NCBI GenBank assembly: GCA_023270185.1
Contig: JAGLCY010000030.1
Coordinates: 1,134 to 65,133, forward strand
Length of the DNA: 64,000 nt
From: Candidatus Krumholzibacteriia bacterium
GTDB taxonomy: Bacteria; Krumholzibacteriota; Krumholzibacteriia; LZORAL124-64-63
Reading direction: 5' to 3'
Numbering within the stretch: position 1 is the first letter of the stretch; each line of letters opens with the position of its first letter. The position numbers were made by a program, and so were the translations under genes. This document shows positions 1 through 10,120 of this stretch, piece by piece. The notes beneath the pieces were generated by a model that was given only the letters and a program-made list of their open reading frames with translations, was not told the origin of the DNA and did no database searches.

Positions 1-169
1 AGGAGGAAACCATGCTGAAATAGGCTCCCGGGTTCCCGCCTTCGGTCATGAGATAACCTTCGTTGGGGCTGTTCGACCAGGGTCCGGCGTCTCCGGCGAA
101 GGTTTCGACGAACTCGCCGGCCACGGCGGTCACTGCAAATGCGGCGTAAATGAGGCCTGCCATCAGCAT
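1..169 (-). CDS. Partial secreted hypothetical protein; its 3' end lies before the window start
   Basis: Reverse strand reads AAAAGGGGG-TG-ATG ATG CTG... = MMLMAGLIYAAFAVTAVAGEFVETFAGDAGPWSNSPNEGYLMTEGGNPGAYF. Signal-peptide-like N-terminus with an SD-like GGGGG upstream. The frame is open to the window edge and is absent from the ORF track because it is truncated. Confidence 0.35.
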   Translation of the reverse strand, partial: MLMAGLIYAAFAVTAVAGEFVETFAGDAGPWSNSPNEGYLMTEGGNPGAYFSMVSS

Positions 170-288
170 CACCCCCTTTTTCACGGTTTTTCTCCCATAT
201 TGAAATATCCCTGAGATCCGGGGCCGCGCACAATGGGCCCATTAATTCCGGGAATCATAGCTTTTGTGGATGAATCACTCTAACCCGC

Positions 289-3200
289 ATGTTCCTGTTG
301 TGTGCCTTTACGTTGCAAATCAGGGTTTTTTCTTCGACAACGTCATTTAGTGGTATTATTTCGGAAGCGATCCTGAGAACCCGAAGACACCCTGGCCTGA
401 AAGACTCGACCTTGCCACGAATCGTGCTGCTTGTGCTCTCCCTGGCCCTGATCTCCGGTATTGCCGGAGCCCAGCAGGAATTCGTCTTCCAGACCCTGAC
501 CGTCGACGACGGATTGCCCGACAACACCGTTCGCACGGTCATCCAGGATCAGCGAGGGTTCATGTGGTTCGGCACGCAGGGGGGGCTCGCCCGTTTCGAC
601 GGGAGGGAAATGAGGATTTTTCAACCGGTACCCGGAGATTCAACCAGTATCGGTGGTCGATTGGTCAACATTCTCTTCGAGGACTCCCGGGGCCGGATCT
701 GGGTCGGGACCATCCTGAACGGTCTCAGCCGGTACAATCCCCTGACCGAGAGTTTCACCAGGTTCGTGTCGCGATCCGATGGCGGGGTTTTTATCCCTCC
801 AACCTGGATCCGGGACATCAGCGAGGACAGCCACGGCTCCCTCTGGGTCGCCACGGGGGAAAGTTCTCTCTATCGGGTGGACGGCGAAACAGGAATTCCG
901 ACCAGGATCATCCCCGGCCCTCATTGGCCGCAGGAGTCCTCACCCCGATTGATAACCCGGATCATGGTGGATTCGCGGGACCAGGTTTGGATATCCACCA
1001 GATCGGGAAGGGTTTTTGTCACGGACCTCGAGGGACGCCGGCTCGAGATTCTCAACCAACCCACGTCCCAGGCCGATGGCGGGCTACTGACCAATGTCGA
1101 AAAGATCATCGAGGACTCCAGCGGCCGCATCTGGATAGCCGGTTACGGCGGGCTGCTGGGGTGGAATCCGAAATCCAGGGAACTGACCTCGTTTCTGCCG
1201 GATCTTTTCAACGCGGACGCGGGCGTTAACCAACTTATCAATCTCATCGAGGACAAGAACGGCGTGCTGTGGATCGGCTCGGTGGCCGGCCTACTGCGTT
1301 TCGATCCCCGGTACTCGCTGTTCCGGCTGTTCAAACATGACTCGGAAGTGTCCACCAGCATCGGGCAGGGGCCGGTCATGGGGCTGTGGTGTGACGAATC
1401 CGGCCTGATATGGACAGGTATGTGGAACGGCAGCGTGAGTCGTTTCGACCCCAACGGTTCGCTTTTCCTGGTCTATCAACACAGCCCCAACAAACCCGGA
1501 AGTCTCCATATCAATTCGGTCAGGTCCGTACTTTCCGACCGTCAGGGAACCATATGGATCGCCACTGGAACCCCGGCAGCGGGACCGGAAGTCGGCGGTC
1601 TCAACCGACTGGAACCCGGCGGCATCACTTTCGATCACATTCCACTTCCCCGGGCCGACCTGCATGTGATCGAATACCTCGCCGAAGGCCCGGGGGATCT
1701 CCTGTGGCTGGGAACCAACAAAGGTTTGTGGACATATGACCGCGCCCGGGGAACCTATGCTCCCCATCGCCCCGGGGATCCCGACCTTCTTTCCCTGGCC
1801 TCCAATTCGGTGAGAAAAATATTTGTGGATGACGACGGGTCCCTTTGGCTTGGGACCCGGAATCTGGGGCTGTGGCAACTGAACCCCGACGGCGCCCTGG
1901 GGAACCACTTCCCTCCGGATCCTGGGAACGACCGTGGTATCGCGGCTTCAGGCATCATCGATATTTTCCGGGACCAACAGGGCAGGCTGTGGATCGGCAC
2001 CGAAACCTCCGGATTGTATCTCTACTTTCCCGAGTCCAATGATTTTCAGCATTTTTTCGATCCCCAGGGCCGGCTCTTTTCCGTATCCAAAATCGAGAAC
2101 GGACCCGACGGCCGTCTTTGGATCTCCAGCATGTCGGGTCTGATCCTTTTCGATCCCGATATCGGTATTGTCGAAACGTTTACGTCCCGCAACGGTTTGC
2201 CCCACGACGACATCGCCACTTTCGTCATGGACAACAGGAGGCGGCTATGGCTCTCAACGGGTCGCGGCCTGGCCCTTCTCGACCCCGTTACGCGGGACGT
2301 CCACACTTTCGACACCCATGACGGCCTGCCCACGAACGAAAACGGATACAACGCGTATCTCGACCCTGACGGTACAGCCTACCTGCCGACCTTCAGTGGG
2401 CTGGTTTCCTTTCGCCCGGATCAGTACGTATCCAGCACCTTCGAGCCCAAGTTGGTGCTGACCGGTTTGAAGCTGTACGATGAACCCCTGATTCCCGGTG
2501 AGGGGGAAATTCTGGAAAGATCCGTGACCGACGCCTCCTCCATCACGCTTGATCATGACCAGAACGTGTTGACCTTTTCCTTCGCCAGCCTGGACTTCGG
2601 CCGTCCCGATCTGCACAGATATCACTTCCGGCTTGAGGGTTTTGACCCGGGATGGCGGAACGCGGGCCCCGAACGTCAGGCCTCCTACACCAACCTGCCT
2701 CCGGGCCGTTACACATTCGAGGTCCGAGGCACGAACAGCAGCGGTGTCTGGAGTCCGAAAACGGCGTCCATCGACGTCCTGGTTAACCACCCCTGGTGGG
2801 CATCCCCGCTGTCCTATGCCCTTTACATCATCATATTCATTGCGGCCCTGGCCCTGTTTTTCCGGACCCTTCTGCGCAGGGCCCATCACGTCCAGCTCCT
2901 GAAGATGCGCCAGGCCGAAGTCGAAAAACTGGAAGAACTCGACCGGGTGAAGTCCCGCTTTTTCGCCAACATCTCCCACGAGTTTCGAACGCCCCTGACG
3001 TTGATCGAGGGTCTTCTGCTTCGCGCTCGCAAACAGCAGAATACCATGACCGCCGATAACCGGAAAATGATCCTGGCCAATACGCGGCGATTGCGGGAAC
3101 TGATCGACAAACTTCTGGACCTTGCGAGGATCGAATCGGGTCAATTCAATCTCAAGTGGACCAACGGGGATATCATCTCCTTCTTACGGGCCCTCAGCTC

Positions 3201-4611
3201 ACCCTTCGAATACGTTGCCGATGCCAGGAACATCACCTTCACAGTGGAATTCCCGGCCGGCGATCTCGAAGGGTGGTTCGACCGCGACCTAGTGGAGACC
3301 GTGGTATCCAATCTCCTTTCCAACGCCCTCAAGTACACTCCTGAAGGTGAGCGGGTCGACCTGATCCTCGAGATCCGACCGACTCGGGTCCTGCCCGTGG
3401 ACGACAGGGACCGCATGGGATTGAGCGGCGCGGTCGATTGCAGGGATCTGACTATCTCGGTCGCCAACACCGGCACCTACGTTTCGGCCGAGGACCGGGA
3501 TAGGATTTTCGACCGTTTCCTACAGGCTACGGCATCGGACGGAGACGGAAATGTCGGAACAGGAATCGGACTGGCATTGGTCAAGGAGTTGGTCGAGTTC
3601 ATGGGCGGAGCGGTCGAAGTCACCAGTTCACTGGAGAAAAAGACAGCCTTCACCGTGACTTTTCCCCTGGTTGGAACACCCGTGGCCGGAGCTTCGGTGA
3701 TGGATGCCGGCAGTGCGTCCGAGACCGGACATGATTCCCCCGAGTTGCTAGAAGAGCGCATCTCCGGATACGGTCATGACTCTGCCTACAGCCGACCGGC
3801 GGACCGGGAACCCGAGCCCGGCCATGGTTCCGAACCGGATGAACCCGATAGCCTGCCCCTGGTTCTGGTGGTGGAGGATCATGCGGACCTGCGATCGTTC
3901 CTCGCCGCCGAACTCGAGGGCGGCAACCGGATCATCACGGCCGCCGACGGCGTCGAAGGACTCGAGGCGGCCCGTGGCCAGGTGCCGGATCTCGTGGTCA
4001 GTGACGTGATGATGCCGAACATGGACGGCTTCGAAATGCTGACCAGGCTGAAAGAGGATTCGGCGACCAGCCATATTCCGGTTGTCATGTTGACGGCCAA
4101 GGCCGAAGCCGGCAGCCGCAAGCAGGGACTCAGGATCGGCGCTGATGACTACCTCGCGAAACCCCTGGACCCGGAGGAACTGCGAATCCGCGTCAAAAAT
4201 CTCATCGACCAGCGGATCCTCCTGCGCCACAAATACAGCAGCAACATCGACCTGCTGCCGATCAGAAGCCTGCCCCTGGTGAACAGGGACGACCGCTTTC
4301 TCGCCCGAGCCATGACTGTGGTCGATGAGAATCTGGAAAACGAGGATTTCAGCGTGGAGGATTTTGCCCGGGAAGTGGGTCTGAGCCGGACCCAGCTCCA
4401 TAGAAAGCTCAAGGCCCTGACGGGCAAGTCGGCAACTTTCGTTGTGCGTCGACAACGCCTGCGCCGGGCCGCTGAGCTGTTGGCCAGTGGATATGGAAAC
4501 GTTGCCGAAGTGGCTTTCGCCTGCGGCTTCAAAAGCCTGTCCCATTTTTCGAGGAATTTCAAAGACGAGTTCGGTGTGGCCCCCTCACAATACCGAAAAT
4601 CCGGGGGTTGA
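289..4611 (+). CDS. Hybrid two-component system sensor histidine kinase/response regulator (HTCS) with periplasmic two-component regulator propeller repeats, Y_Y_Y region, HisKA, HATPase_c, REC and C-terminal AraC-type HTH
   Basis: 1440 aa ORF. N-terminal hydrophobic segment LPRIVLLVLSLALISGIAG, then many WVGT/WIGT propeller repeats. TM segment WWASPLSYALYIIIFIAALALFF. H-box FANISHEFRTPLT. Receiver LVLVVEDHADLR...SDVMMPNMDGFE...LTAK. C-terminal HTH_AraC (SHFSRNFKDEFGVAPSQYR). True start may be the TTG/GTG near 412-424. Confidence 0.9.
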   Translation: MFLLCAFTLQIRVFSSTTSFSGIISEAILRTRRHPGLKDSTLPRIVLLVLSLALISGIAGAQQEFVFQTLTVDDGLPDNTVRTVIQDQRGFMWFGTQGGLARFDGREMRIFQPVPGDSTSIGGRLVNILFEDSRGRIWVGTILNGLSRYNPLTESFTRFVSRSDGGVFIPPTWIRDISEDSHGSLWVATGESSLYRVDGETGIPTRIIPGPHWPQESSPRLITRIMVDSRDQVWISTRSGRVFVTDLEGRRLEILNQPTSQADGGLLTNVEKIIEDSSGRIWIAGYGGLLGWNPKSRELTSFLPDLFNADAGVNQLINLIEDKNGVLWIGSVAGLLRFDPRYSLFRLFKHDSEVSTSIGQGPVMGLWCDESGLIWTGMWNGSVSRFDPNGSLFLVYQHSPNKPGSLHINSVRSVLSDRQGTIWIATGTPAAGPEVGGLNRLEPGGITFDHIPLPRADLHVIEYLAEGPGDLLWLGTNKGLWTYDRARGTYAPHRPGDPDLLSLASNSVRKIFVDDDGSLWLGTRNLGLWQLNPDGALGNHFPPDPGNDRGIAASGIIDIFRDQQGRLWIGTETSGLYLYFPESNDFQHFFDPQGRLFSVSKIENGPDGRLWISSMSGLILFDPDIGIVETFTSRNGLPHDDIATFVMDNRRRLWLSTGRGLALLDPVTRDVHTFDTHDGLPTNENGYNAYLDPDGTAYLPTFSGLVSFRPDQYVSSTFEPKLVLTGLKLYDEPLIPGEGEILERSVTDASSITLDHDQNVLTFSFASLDFGRPDLHRYHFRLEGFDPGWRNAGPERQASYTNLPPGRYTFEVRGTNSSGVWSPKTASIDVLVNHPWWASPLSYALYIIIFIAALALFFRTLLRRAHHVQLLKMRQAEVEKLEELDRVKSRFFANISHEFRTPLTLIEGLLLRARKQQNTMTADNRKMILANTRRLRELIDKLLDLARIESGQFNLKWTNGDIISFLRALSSPFEYVADARNITFTVEFPAGDLEGWFDRDLVETVVSNLLSNALKYTPEGERVDLILEIRPTRVLPVDDRDRMGLSGAVDCRDLTISVANTGTYVSAEDRDRIFDRFLQATASDGDGNVGTGIGLALVKELVEFMGGAVEVTSSLEKKTAFTVTFPLVGTPVAGASVMDAGSASETGHDSPELLEERISGYGHDSAYSRPADREPEPGHGSEPDEPDSLPLVLVVEDHADLRSFLAAELEGGNRIITAADGVEGLEAARGQVPDLVVSDVMMPNMDGFEMLTRLKEDSATSHIPVVMLTAKAEAGSRKQGLRIGADDYLAKPLDPEELRIRVKNLIDQRILLRHKYSSNIDLLPIRSLPLVNRDDRFLARAMTVVDENLENEDFSVEDFAREVGLSRTQLHRKLKALTGKSATFVVRRQRLRRAAELLASGYGNVAEVAFACGFKSLSHFSRNFKDEFGVAPSQYRKSGG

Positions 4612-4641
4612 TCCGCGACCGCACCGTCATCAGGACGTTTG

Positions 4642-5283
4642 TCATTGGCAAACAGAAGGTGCCGGAAGGTGCCGGCAAACCCAGACCTGTCCAAAATCCG
4701 AGGTTGGAAAATCTTCCACGATTTCCAGCCCCGCCTCCCGGAATTCCGCCTCACGGGAGGCAGCCAGATAAGCGGGATAGTGCGGACCTTCCACCCACTC
4801 TATGAAACGGACCACGAAGTTTCCCGGCCTGCCGTAATCGAATACGACCACGTAATCCGATGCGATCCGCGCCGCCTCCGTCAAAACTTCTTTCCGGAAT
4901 TCAGCATCGACCCCGTGGAGAAAGTACCCCATAGAGATGATCCCGAATGACCGGTCCCGGATCCCGTCCAACTCGACGAGATCCATCTCCCTGAATGTTA
5001 CCGCGGGAAACTTCCTGCGTGCCCTGTCCAGCAGATTCGCCGCGAAATCCATGCCGGTCGTCGGGTGACCGCGTTCGGCAAAAACCCCGGCCAGGATGCC
5101 TGTTCCCGTGGCCAGATCCATGACGCTCAAACCCGTGGTCAGATCCAGTTTTTCCAGAGCTGTTCGGTAAGCGGGAGTCAGGTTCCGCTCGATGAACGGA
5201 TAGATCACAGAAACCAGATTGAAAAATCTCCTGGTTCGACTTCGTTCATCAGGATTGCTGCTTCGGCTACTGATCCCCGCCAT
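4642..5283 (-). CDS. Class I SAM-dependent methyltransferase (type 11-like)
   Basis: Motif I VMDLATGTGILAGVFAERG and downstream MTase motifs. Start placed at the internal Met (MAGISS) to limit overlap with the upstream gene. Confidence 0.75.
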   Translation of the reverse strand: MAGISSRSSNPDERSRTRRFFNLVSVIYPFIERNLTPAYRTALEKLDLTTGLSVMDLATGTGILAGVFAERGHPTTGMDFAANLLDRARRKFPAVTFREMDLVELDGIRDRSFGIISMGYFLHGVDAEFRKEVLTEAARIASDYVVVFDYGRPGNFVVRFIEWVEGPHYPAYLAASREAEFREAGLEIVEDFPTSDFGQVWVCRHLPAPSVCQ

Positions 5284-6106
5284 ACCCTTCACGGAGAAGA
5301 TCAAGCAGGCCGAGTACTTCCATCCCATTGGCCACGGCGATGTCCTTCAGGGAATGGCCGGGGTCGGCCTTCACCCCCGCGGTTTCCAGGATCGTCACCG
5401 CTTCGGCGACGTCGCGGTTGTACTCGTGGCAGAATGCTTCGAGGGTGAGTTTGCCGGTGCCCCTCGGCATCGTTGTCGGGATGGCCTTCGATCCGGTGGC
5501 CTCCTGAACCTCCGGACCCTTCATTATTTTAAATAATTCCTGGGGAGACAGGTTGTTGTCACGAGCCAGGTCGGCAATGACAACATCGGGGTCGTTGACC
5601 TCGATTCCCACGGTCGCCAGGTTCGCCTTGGCCACCTCCGGGTCCAGCCCGACGTTGCGCAGGAATGTCCGGAGTCCGGATTCCTCGGCATGGCCGTAGG
5701 GCGGTTCCCCGTATGTCTCCGTGCCGTCATCCTTGATGGACTCACCCAGATCCTGGACCCAGGCCATGGGCGGAACCTCGAGCAGGGTCAGGGTCGCCAC
5801 CACCGCGGTAACGGCCAGGGCCGCGTTGAAATTGGGCGTGAACAGCTTGAAATCCCGGGCCTTGTTCTTCATGTAGCCGGTCACCGGGCGCCAGTTGTAA
5901 TAGACGTGGAAGGAGGCGGCAATGAGCATCAACAGGCCCGCGTTCGTGTGCAGGTTGCCCCACTGTGTCTTGCTCAGACCCCACAGTTTCCAACTGGCCC
6001 AGTAGGCCACCCTCCCGTGGGGAACGATGTAGAGAATGATGCTGGAGGTCAGCATCATGGCAATGGCGAGGAACAGGGTCAATGATACGATGCGGCGCAG
6101 ACTCAA
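5267..6106 (-). CDS. DUF4405-like integral membrane protein with a C-terminal soluble repeat domain
   Basis: N-terminal TM helices with the HVYYNWRP motif typical of DUF4405 cytochrome-b-like membrane domains. C-terminal half holds three repeats of about 30 aa (GLDPEVAKANLATVGIEV / NRDVAEAVTILETAGVKA / IAVANGMEVLGLL). Confidence 0.55.
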   Translation of the reverse strand: MSLRRIVSLTLFLAIAMMLTSSIILYIVPHGRVAYWASWKLWGLSKTQWGNLHTNAGLLMLIAASFHVYYNWRPVTGYMKNKARDFKLFTPNFNAALAVTAVVATLTLLEVPPMAWVQDLGESIKDDGTETYGEPPYGHAEESGLRTFLRNVGLDPEVAKANLATVGIEVNDPDVVIADLARDNNLSPQELFKIMKGPEVQEATGSKAIPTTMPRGTGKLTLEAFCHEYNRDVAEAVTILETAGVKADPGHSLKDIAVANGMEVLGLLDLLREGYGGDQ

Positions 6107-6176
6107 GGCGAAGCCTCCTGATAACGGACTGCAGGATCACGAACCTCTAATCAACATCCCCCTGGTCCATACAGCA

Positions 6177-6198
6177 AGAAAAGGCCCCCCGGGGGGCC
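6177..6198 (-). terminator. Candidate intrinsic terminator: GGCCCCCCGGGGGGCC palindrome followed on the minus strand by a U-tract
   Basis: A perfect 16-bp GC palindrome at 6183-6198 with TTTTCTTG immediately 3' on the minus strand. It lies between the stop of the DUF805 gene (6253) and the start of the DUF4405 gene (6106). Confidence 0.5.
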
Positions 6199-6252
6199 AT
6201 ATTTTATTGACCCAATCCGCCGGGAGGCCTGAAATAATCCTTCAACCCGAAA

Positions 6253-6612
6253 TCAAGCAGCCTTTGGGTTTGCCCCGTACTGATTCATCCCGGCGTGACT
6301 TTCCTGGACGCAGAAATAAAGCAGGAAAAGTCCTCCAAAGGGAATGAATGTTATCAGGTACCACATGCCTGAACGATCGGTATCGTGGAGCCTGCGAACC
6401 GATACGGCGATGCTGGGAACAAGGATGGCCAGGGAGTAAATTCCACCCAGAACACCATATCCCGATTCACCCAAAAGTCCGATTTGGCTGTCGATGAACG
6501 TCAAGACGAGCGCGACGATTACATTAATCAGCACAAACATCCAGTATTCCCGGCGGCGAGCACGGCCGTTGAACACCGCGTATTTTTTCAGCACTTCCAG
6601 ATACCAATTCAT
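6253..6612 (-). CDS. DUF805 family inner-membrane protein (YhaH-like)
   Basis: NGRARRREYWMF...VRRLHDTDRSGMWYL...YFCVQESHAGMNQYGANP matches the DUF805 signature and length. Confidence 0.8.
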   Translation of the reverse strand: MNWYLEVLKKYAVFNGRARRREYWMFVLINVIVALVLTFIDSQIGLLGESGYGVLGGIYSLAILVPSIAVSVRRLHDTDRSGMWYLITFIPFGGLFLLYFCVQESHAGMNQYGANPKAA

Positions 6613-6648
6613 TGTTTTCTCCTTCTGGTTTCAACCGACTTACCTGAA

Positions 6649-8004
6649 TTACTCGAGTCCCAAATACTGTTTTGGCGGGTTCTCCGGAACCTGGAAAATA
6701 CCCCGCAGGTCCTCACTGGAGGAAATCAGCTGCTCGACGAAACTGTCTCCCTGGGTACCCTTGTCGGCCCACAGTTTCCATTGGTAGATCTTGCCCGGCT
6801 CCAAAGCGGGAGTGCCCGGCCGGCTGTCGAAATCATAGACAACGCTTGTGGCGTCAGCCGCGATGAAATCATGATTGACGGTTCCATCGGCGTTAAAACC
6901 ACCCCAGAGAACATTACCGCTGTGGTCCCTCACCTCGATGAAGTATTCCTTCGCCGAAGGATAGGCGACCCATGTGAAAGTCGGCACCTGCGAGTCCGCC
7001 ATGAAGGCGTAGGTGGAGTCCGCGGGATTGGTCGGGGAAAGGATGGTGATCGCCCCGGTGACACTGAAATTCAGTTCCAGGGAATCCGAGGTCGCGAAAG
7101 ATATATCCAGGCCCCCGGGATTCTTGAACAGCCAGTCGGGATCGATGACGTATCCGTCATTCTTCAAGGATGCCCAGGCGATGTAGTCACCGTCGGGAAT
7201 ACTTTCGATCCTGTAGTTCAGCCCTGATACATCACTCATGACCGACAGGCCCGGAACAACCGCGCGGGTCTCCGGGTCCAAAAGTGTTATGTCGACCGTA
7301 GAGTTTTCCGAAGCCAGGAACGTGACGGAACCCTTGAGCAGCGAACCCTGATATTCCGAAACCGGGATACTGACCGTATCGACCTCGGCCTGGGCCGAGA
7401 TGGAAGCGGTGACCGGTTCATCCATCTGGTAGCCGGACTTCAGGGCATCCATGTCATAAGTGCCGAAAGGCATGTTGTAGAGGATGAAAAAGCCGTCGGG
7501 TCCCGAAGCCGTGGCGTATTTTTCCTGGGTGGTTTGCGATTCGGCCAGGATCAGGAAATTATTGACGGCCGGCACCACAAACCCCTCGACATAACCGGTG
7601 TTTCCCGCGTTTTCCAGGACGTTAAGCAGGATACCCTCAACGGTTGTATCTTCCGCCGCCACGAAGAACGGTATGGGGGCAATGTTTTCGGGAGGAATGG
7701 CATTGTATCCCTGCGCGGAAATATTGAGGAAGTAGTTCCCCACCTCGATATCGAAGCGCACCATTCCATCCGCGTCGGTCATGCCCCTGAGCACGGCCTC
7801 GTTGTTTTCGGCCTGATACAGCACCACGTTCGAATTCTCGACCAACGAACTGTCCGCGGCGCTTCGGACGACAACCTCAAGGACCGTAGGATCGGGGGGG
7901 GCAGGAGGAGTCACCGGGTCATCATCGCCACCGCAACCCGCCACATATATGGTCAGCGTCGTCATGATCGCCAACACCATCATATAACCGAATATCTTCT
8001 TCAC
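6649..8004 (-). CDS. Lipoprotein with tandem carboxypeptidase-regulatory-like (CarboxypepD_reg) beta-sandwich domains
   Basis: Lipobox LTIYVAGC followed by GGDDDPVTPPAPPDP. Repeated VVLYQA...GMTDADGMVRFDIEVGNYFLNISAQGY-type segments. Confidence 0.55.
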   Translation of the reverse strand: MKKIFGYMMVLAIMTTLTIYVAGCGGDDDPVTPPAPPDPTVLEVVVRSAADSSLVENSNVVLYQAENNEAVLRGMTDADGMVRFDIEVGNYFLNISAQGYNAIPPENIAPIPFFVAAEDTTVEGILLNVLENAGNTGYVEGFVVPAVNNFLILAESQTTQEKYATASGPDGFFILYNMPFGTYDMDALKSGYQMDEPVTASISAQAEVDTVSIPVSEYQGSLLKGSVTFLASENSTVDITLLDPETRAVVPGLSVMSDVSGLNYRIESIPDGDYIAWASLKNDGYVIDPDWLFKNPGGLDISFATSDSLELNFSVTGAITILSPTNPADSTYAFMADSQVPTFTWVAYPSAKEYFIEVRDHSGNVLWGGFNADGTVNHDFIAADATSVVYDFDSRPGTPALEPGKIYQWKLWADKGTQGDSFVEQLISSSEDLRGIFQVPENPPKQYLGLE

Positions 8005-8114
8005 AATCTTGCTCCCTGGTTTTTTCGGAGTTCGCGGGTGCTATCCCAAGCAACCTCGGGTTTAATCCCTCGCAACTAGTTTATCGGCAGTGTTTTTGGA
8101 GACTTAAACCAAGG

Positions 8115-9503
8115 CTAGAACCGGTAGGACACGAAGGTCCTGAGTTCAATATTCTTCAAATGCATTTCGGGATAGTCGTCGAAGTACGAATTCCGCAGGT
8201 AATAGGTGTATTCCAGACCCACTCCCCACTTCTTGTAGACACGGGGGTTCAATGTGGCTTGCGCCCAGTGCACAAATTCATCGCCGGGGACGCCGCTGAG
8301 GGTGTGGAACCAGTAAATCCAGTAACGAATGGCAAAGGAGCCGTATTTTCGGTGATCCAGCATGCCGAACATCTTGAATTTGGCGCCGGTGTTGTAATTG
8401 TATTCCCTTCCCTCGGCGGTTTCGAATCCCACGTTGGAGCCGCCCAGAACTACCCAGTTCAACTGGGCGCCGGTCAGGATCTGCATCGATGATTGAGAGT
8501 TGAAGCGGGAAAAGATACCCGCGCCAATACTCTGACCCCCGAACTGATAGATCTGGGAATCGAAGTAGTCGTAGTCCTGGTAGATACCGATCAGGCTGCG
8601 GTTATCCTCGCCGTGATCAAATTTCCGACCGTAGACAAGACCCGAGCCTGTGACCTCGTGGATCAACGGGAAACGGCCGTGCAGGGTCAGAGCGGCCCGT
8701 ATAGTGAAATAATCGAAGGGTGCGGGGTCGGCGAGATCCTCGAAAGGATCCCCGTAGAGGAACTTCCCCTTCACCAGGTAGGCAAGCATGCTGTTGCTCA
8801 GGTCGGTACCATCGGCGACATGGTTGGTGCCCGCCGTAAGATGACCGCCCAGATACGACGGTCTCCAATCGTCCGGAGTCATGCCAACTTTGCCGGTCTT
8901 GCCGGTGACCAGGCGGTTGAAACCCCGGATGGGATTGACAAAAAAGGCCCCGATCTCCCGGAACGTCCGCTCCGAACCGGTGGCCGAATTGTCCAGGATC
9001 ATGGACGACAGCCGGTAGGCGGTCTCACCCATATACACACCGCCGACGGTGGTGGAGATCAAATCATTTGTCGACGGATGCTCGTTCTCCATGAACAGTT
9101 CCCAGATCATGCTGCCGGTCAAGGTGATGGGAATCGATCCCCAGAAGTCGTAGCCGTTGGTGCGGGCCGCGTTGAAAAACTGGCCGCCGTGAAGGGGATG
9201 CCCCCACTGATTCATGGCCCAGTCGTCGTGGTCCCAGATGAAGCCGGCCTTCAGGTTTTCTTTGACGGAGTTGAAACCGATGTAGGTCCAGTCGACACCC
9301 ATCAGACGGCTGGGCAGCCAGACCCCGATTGTCAACAGGGTCATGTCAACGGCCATCAGACCATTGTTGACCTCGGAAACCGGCGGTTGAAGCGTGTCGG
9401 GCATGGTCGGTTGAAGCGAATCAGGCGCGGCGGTCTCGGCGACGAGTGACATCCCCGAGACCGGAATGATCATAAGCAGAATCAGGATCATGAGGCGCAT
9501 CAC
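8115..9503 (-). CDS. Outer-membrane protein, DUF3943-like
   Basis: Signal peptide. Conserved WDHDDWAMNQWGHPLHGGQFFNAARTNGY block resembles DUF3943 of Bacteroidetes. C-terminal ...RTFVSYRF, the aromatic terminus typical of OM beta-barrels. Confidence 0.5.
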   Translation of the reverse strand: MMRLMILILLMIIPVSGMSLVAETAAPDSLQPTMPDTLQPPVSEVNNGLMAVDMTLLTIGVWLPSRLMGVDWTYIGFNSVKENLKAGFIWDHDDWAMNQWGHPLHGGQFFNAARTNGYDFWGSIPITLTGSMIWELFMENEHPSTNDLISTTVGGVYMGETAYRLSSMILDNSATGSERTFREIGAFFVNPIRGFNRLVTGKTGKVGMTPDDWRPSYLGGHLTAGTNHVADGTDLSNSMLAYLVKGKFLYGDPFEDLADPAPFDYFTIRAALTLHGRFPLIHEVTGSGLVYGRKFDHGEDNRSLIGIYQDYDYFDSQIYQFGGQSIGAGIFSRFNSQSSMQILTGAQLNWVVLGGSNVGFETAEGREYNYNTGAKFKMFGMLDHRKYGSFAIRYWIYWFHTLSGVPGDEFVHWAQATLNPRVYKKWGVGLEYTYYLRNSYFDDYPEMHLKNIELRTFVSYRF

Positions 9504-10024
9504 AGCAACCCCACCCCGAAAAAGATCGACTCTTTGCCGACGGTGTCCGACCCCAGGGAATAACCCTGGTAGATGTTGGTCGCCGCGACACCGATGAACG
9601 CGCTCAGGTGTTTGCCGAGAACGATCTCCAACTTAAGGCGGGCTTCAAGCGTGAAAAACTTGTCGGTATCGATGGCGGGGTCATCCGAACCGTCGGGAAT
9701 AACGTGCCGGTAACCCACATCGGCCCCAAGATAGAGCCGGGGAATGAGCTGAAATCTGCGTCCCAGGTTAAGACCCAGGAAAAACGCGTTCTCCCGGTTG
9801 TCGAAGGCGCTGAGGCCGCCGATACTCGCTTCGCCGTACCAGTTGTGGTGAGTGTATCGAAGCCCGGTGGTTATCTGGGTAATGTCGCTGCCGGAGGTGA
9901 CCCATTGGAATTCGGTATCCGAGGCCTGGTAGGCCAAGGGAGCATCTTCCTGTGCCAGGACGACACACGGCAGAACAAGTCCGAGGGTTAGAATCAGGGC
10001 CGGAACACAACAGGCTTTTGTCAT
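9500..10024 (-). CDS. Small outer-membrane beta-barrel protein (OmpW/OmpA-like fold predicted)
   Basis: Start taken at MTKACC with a signal peptide. Alternating amphipathic strands. C-terminus FFGVGLL. Confidence 0.45.
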   Translation of the reverse strand: MTKACCVPALILTLGLVLPCVVLAQEDAPLAYQASDTEFQWVTSGSDITQITTGLRYTHHNWYGEASIGGLSAFDNRENAFFLGLNLGRRFQLIPRLYLGADVGYRHVIPDGSDDPAIDTDKFFTLEARLKLEIVLGKHLSAFIGVAATNIYQGYSLGSDTVGKESIFFGVGLL

Positions 10025-10120
10025 GTATCGATTTCCGTCCGGGCGAATGGATGATGCCAGATAGTTGGCCAAGGCGATTCTACAATCACCATGTCTCCGG
10101 GATCAAGCGCTCGTTGGGCG

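Noticed and set aside
1-30. AGGAGGAAACCATG at the very start of the window looks like a perfect SD plus ATG on the plus strand.
   Set aside because: The ORF is three codons long (MLK*). The sequence lies inside the minus-strand partial gene and is coincidental.
2254-3144. 296-aa minus-strand ORF inside the hybrid kinase gene. Similar long antisense ORFs occur at 12060-12845, 12157-12849, 15800-16663, 19404-20093, 20538-21338, 34548-35504, 35911-36780, 41422-42489, 44912-45817, 46741-47238, 54089-55018, 54574-55455, 56206-57609, 58220-59326 and 59758-60621.
   Set aside because: All lie antisense or out of frame within well-supported genes. Their translations are Arg/Gly/Pro-rich low-complexity sequence typical of stop-poor frames in 60% GC DNA. 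No RBS or domain signatures.
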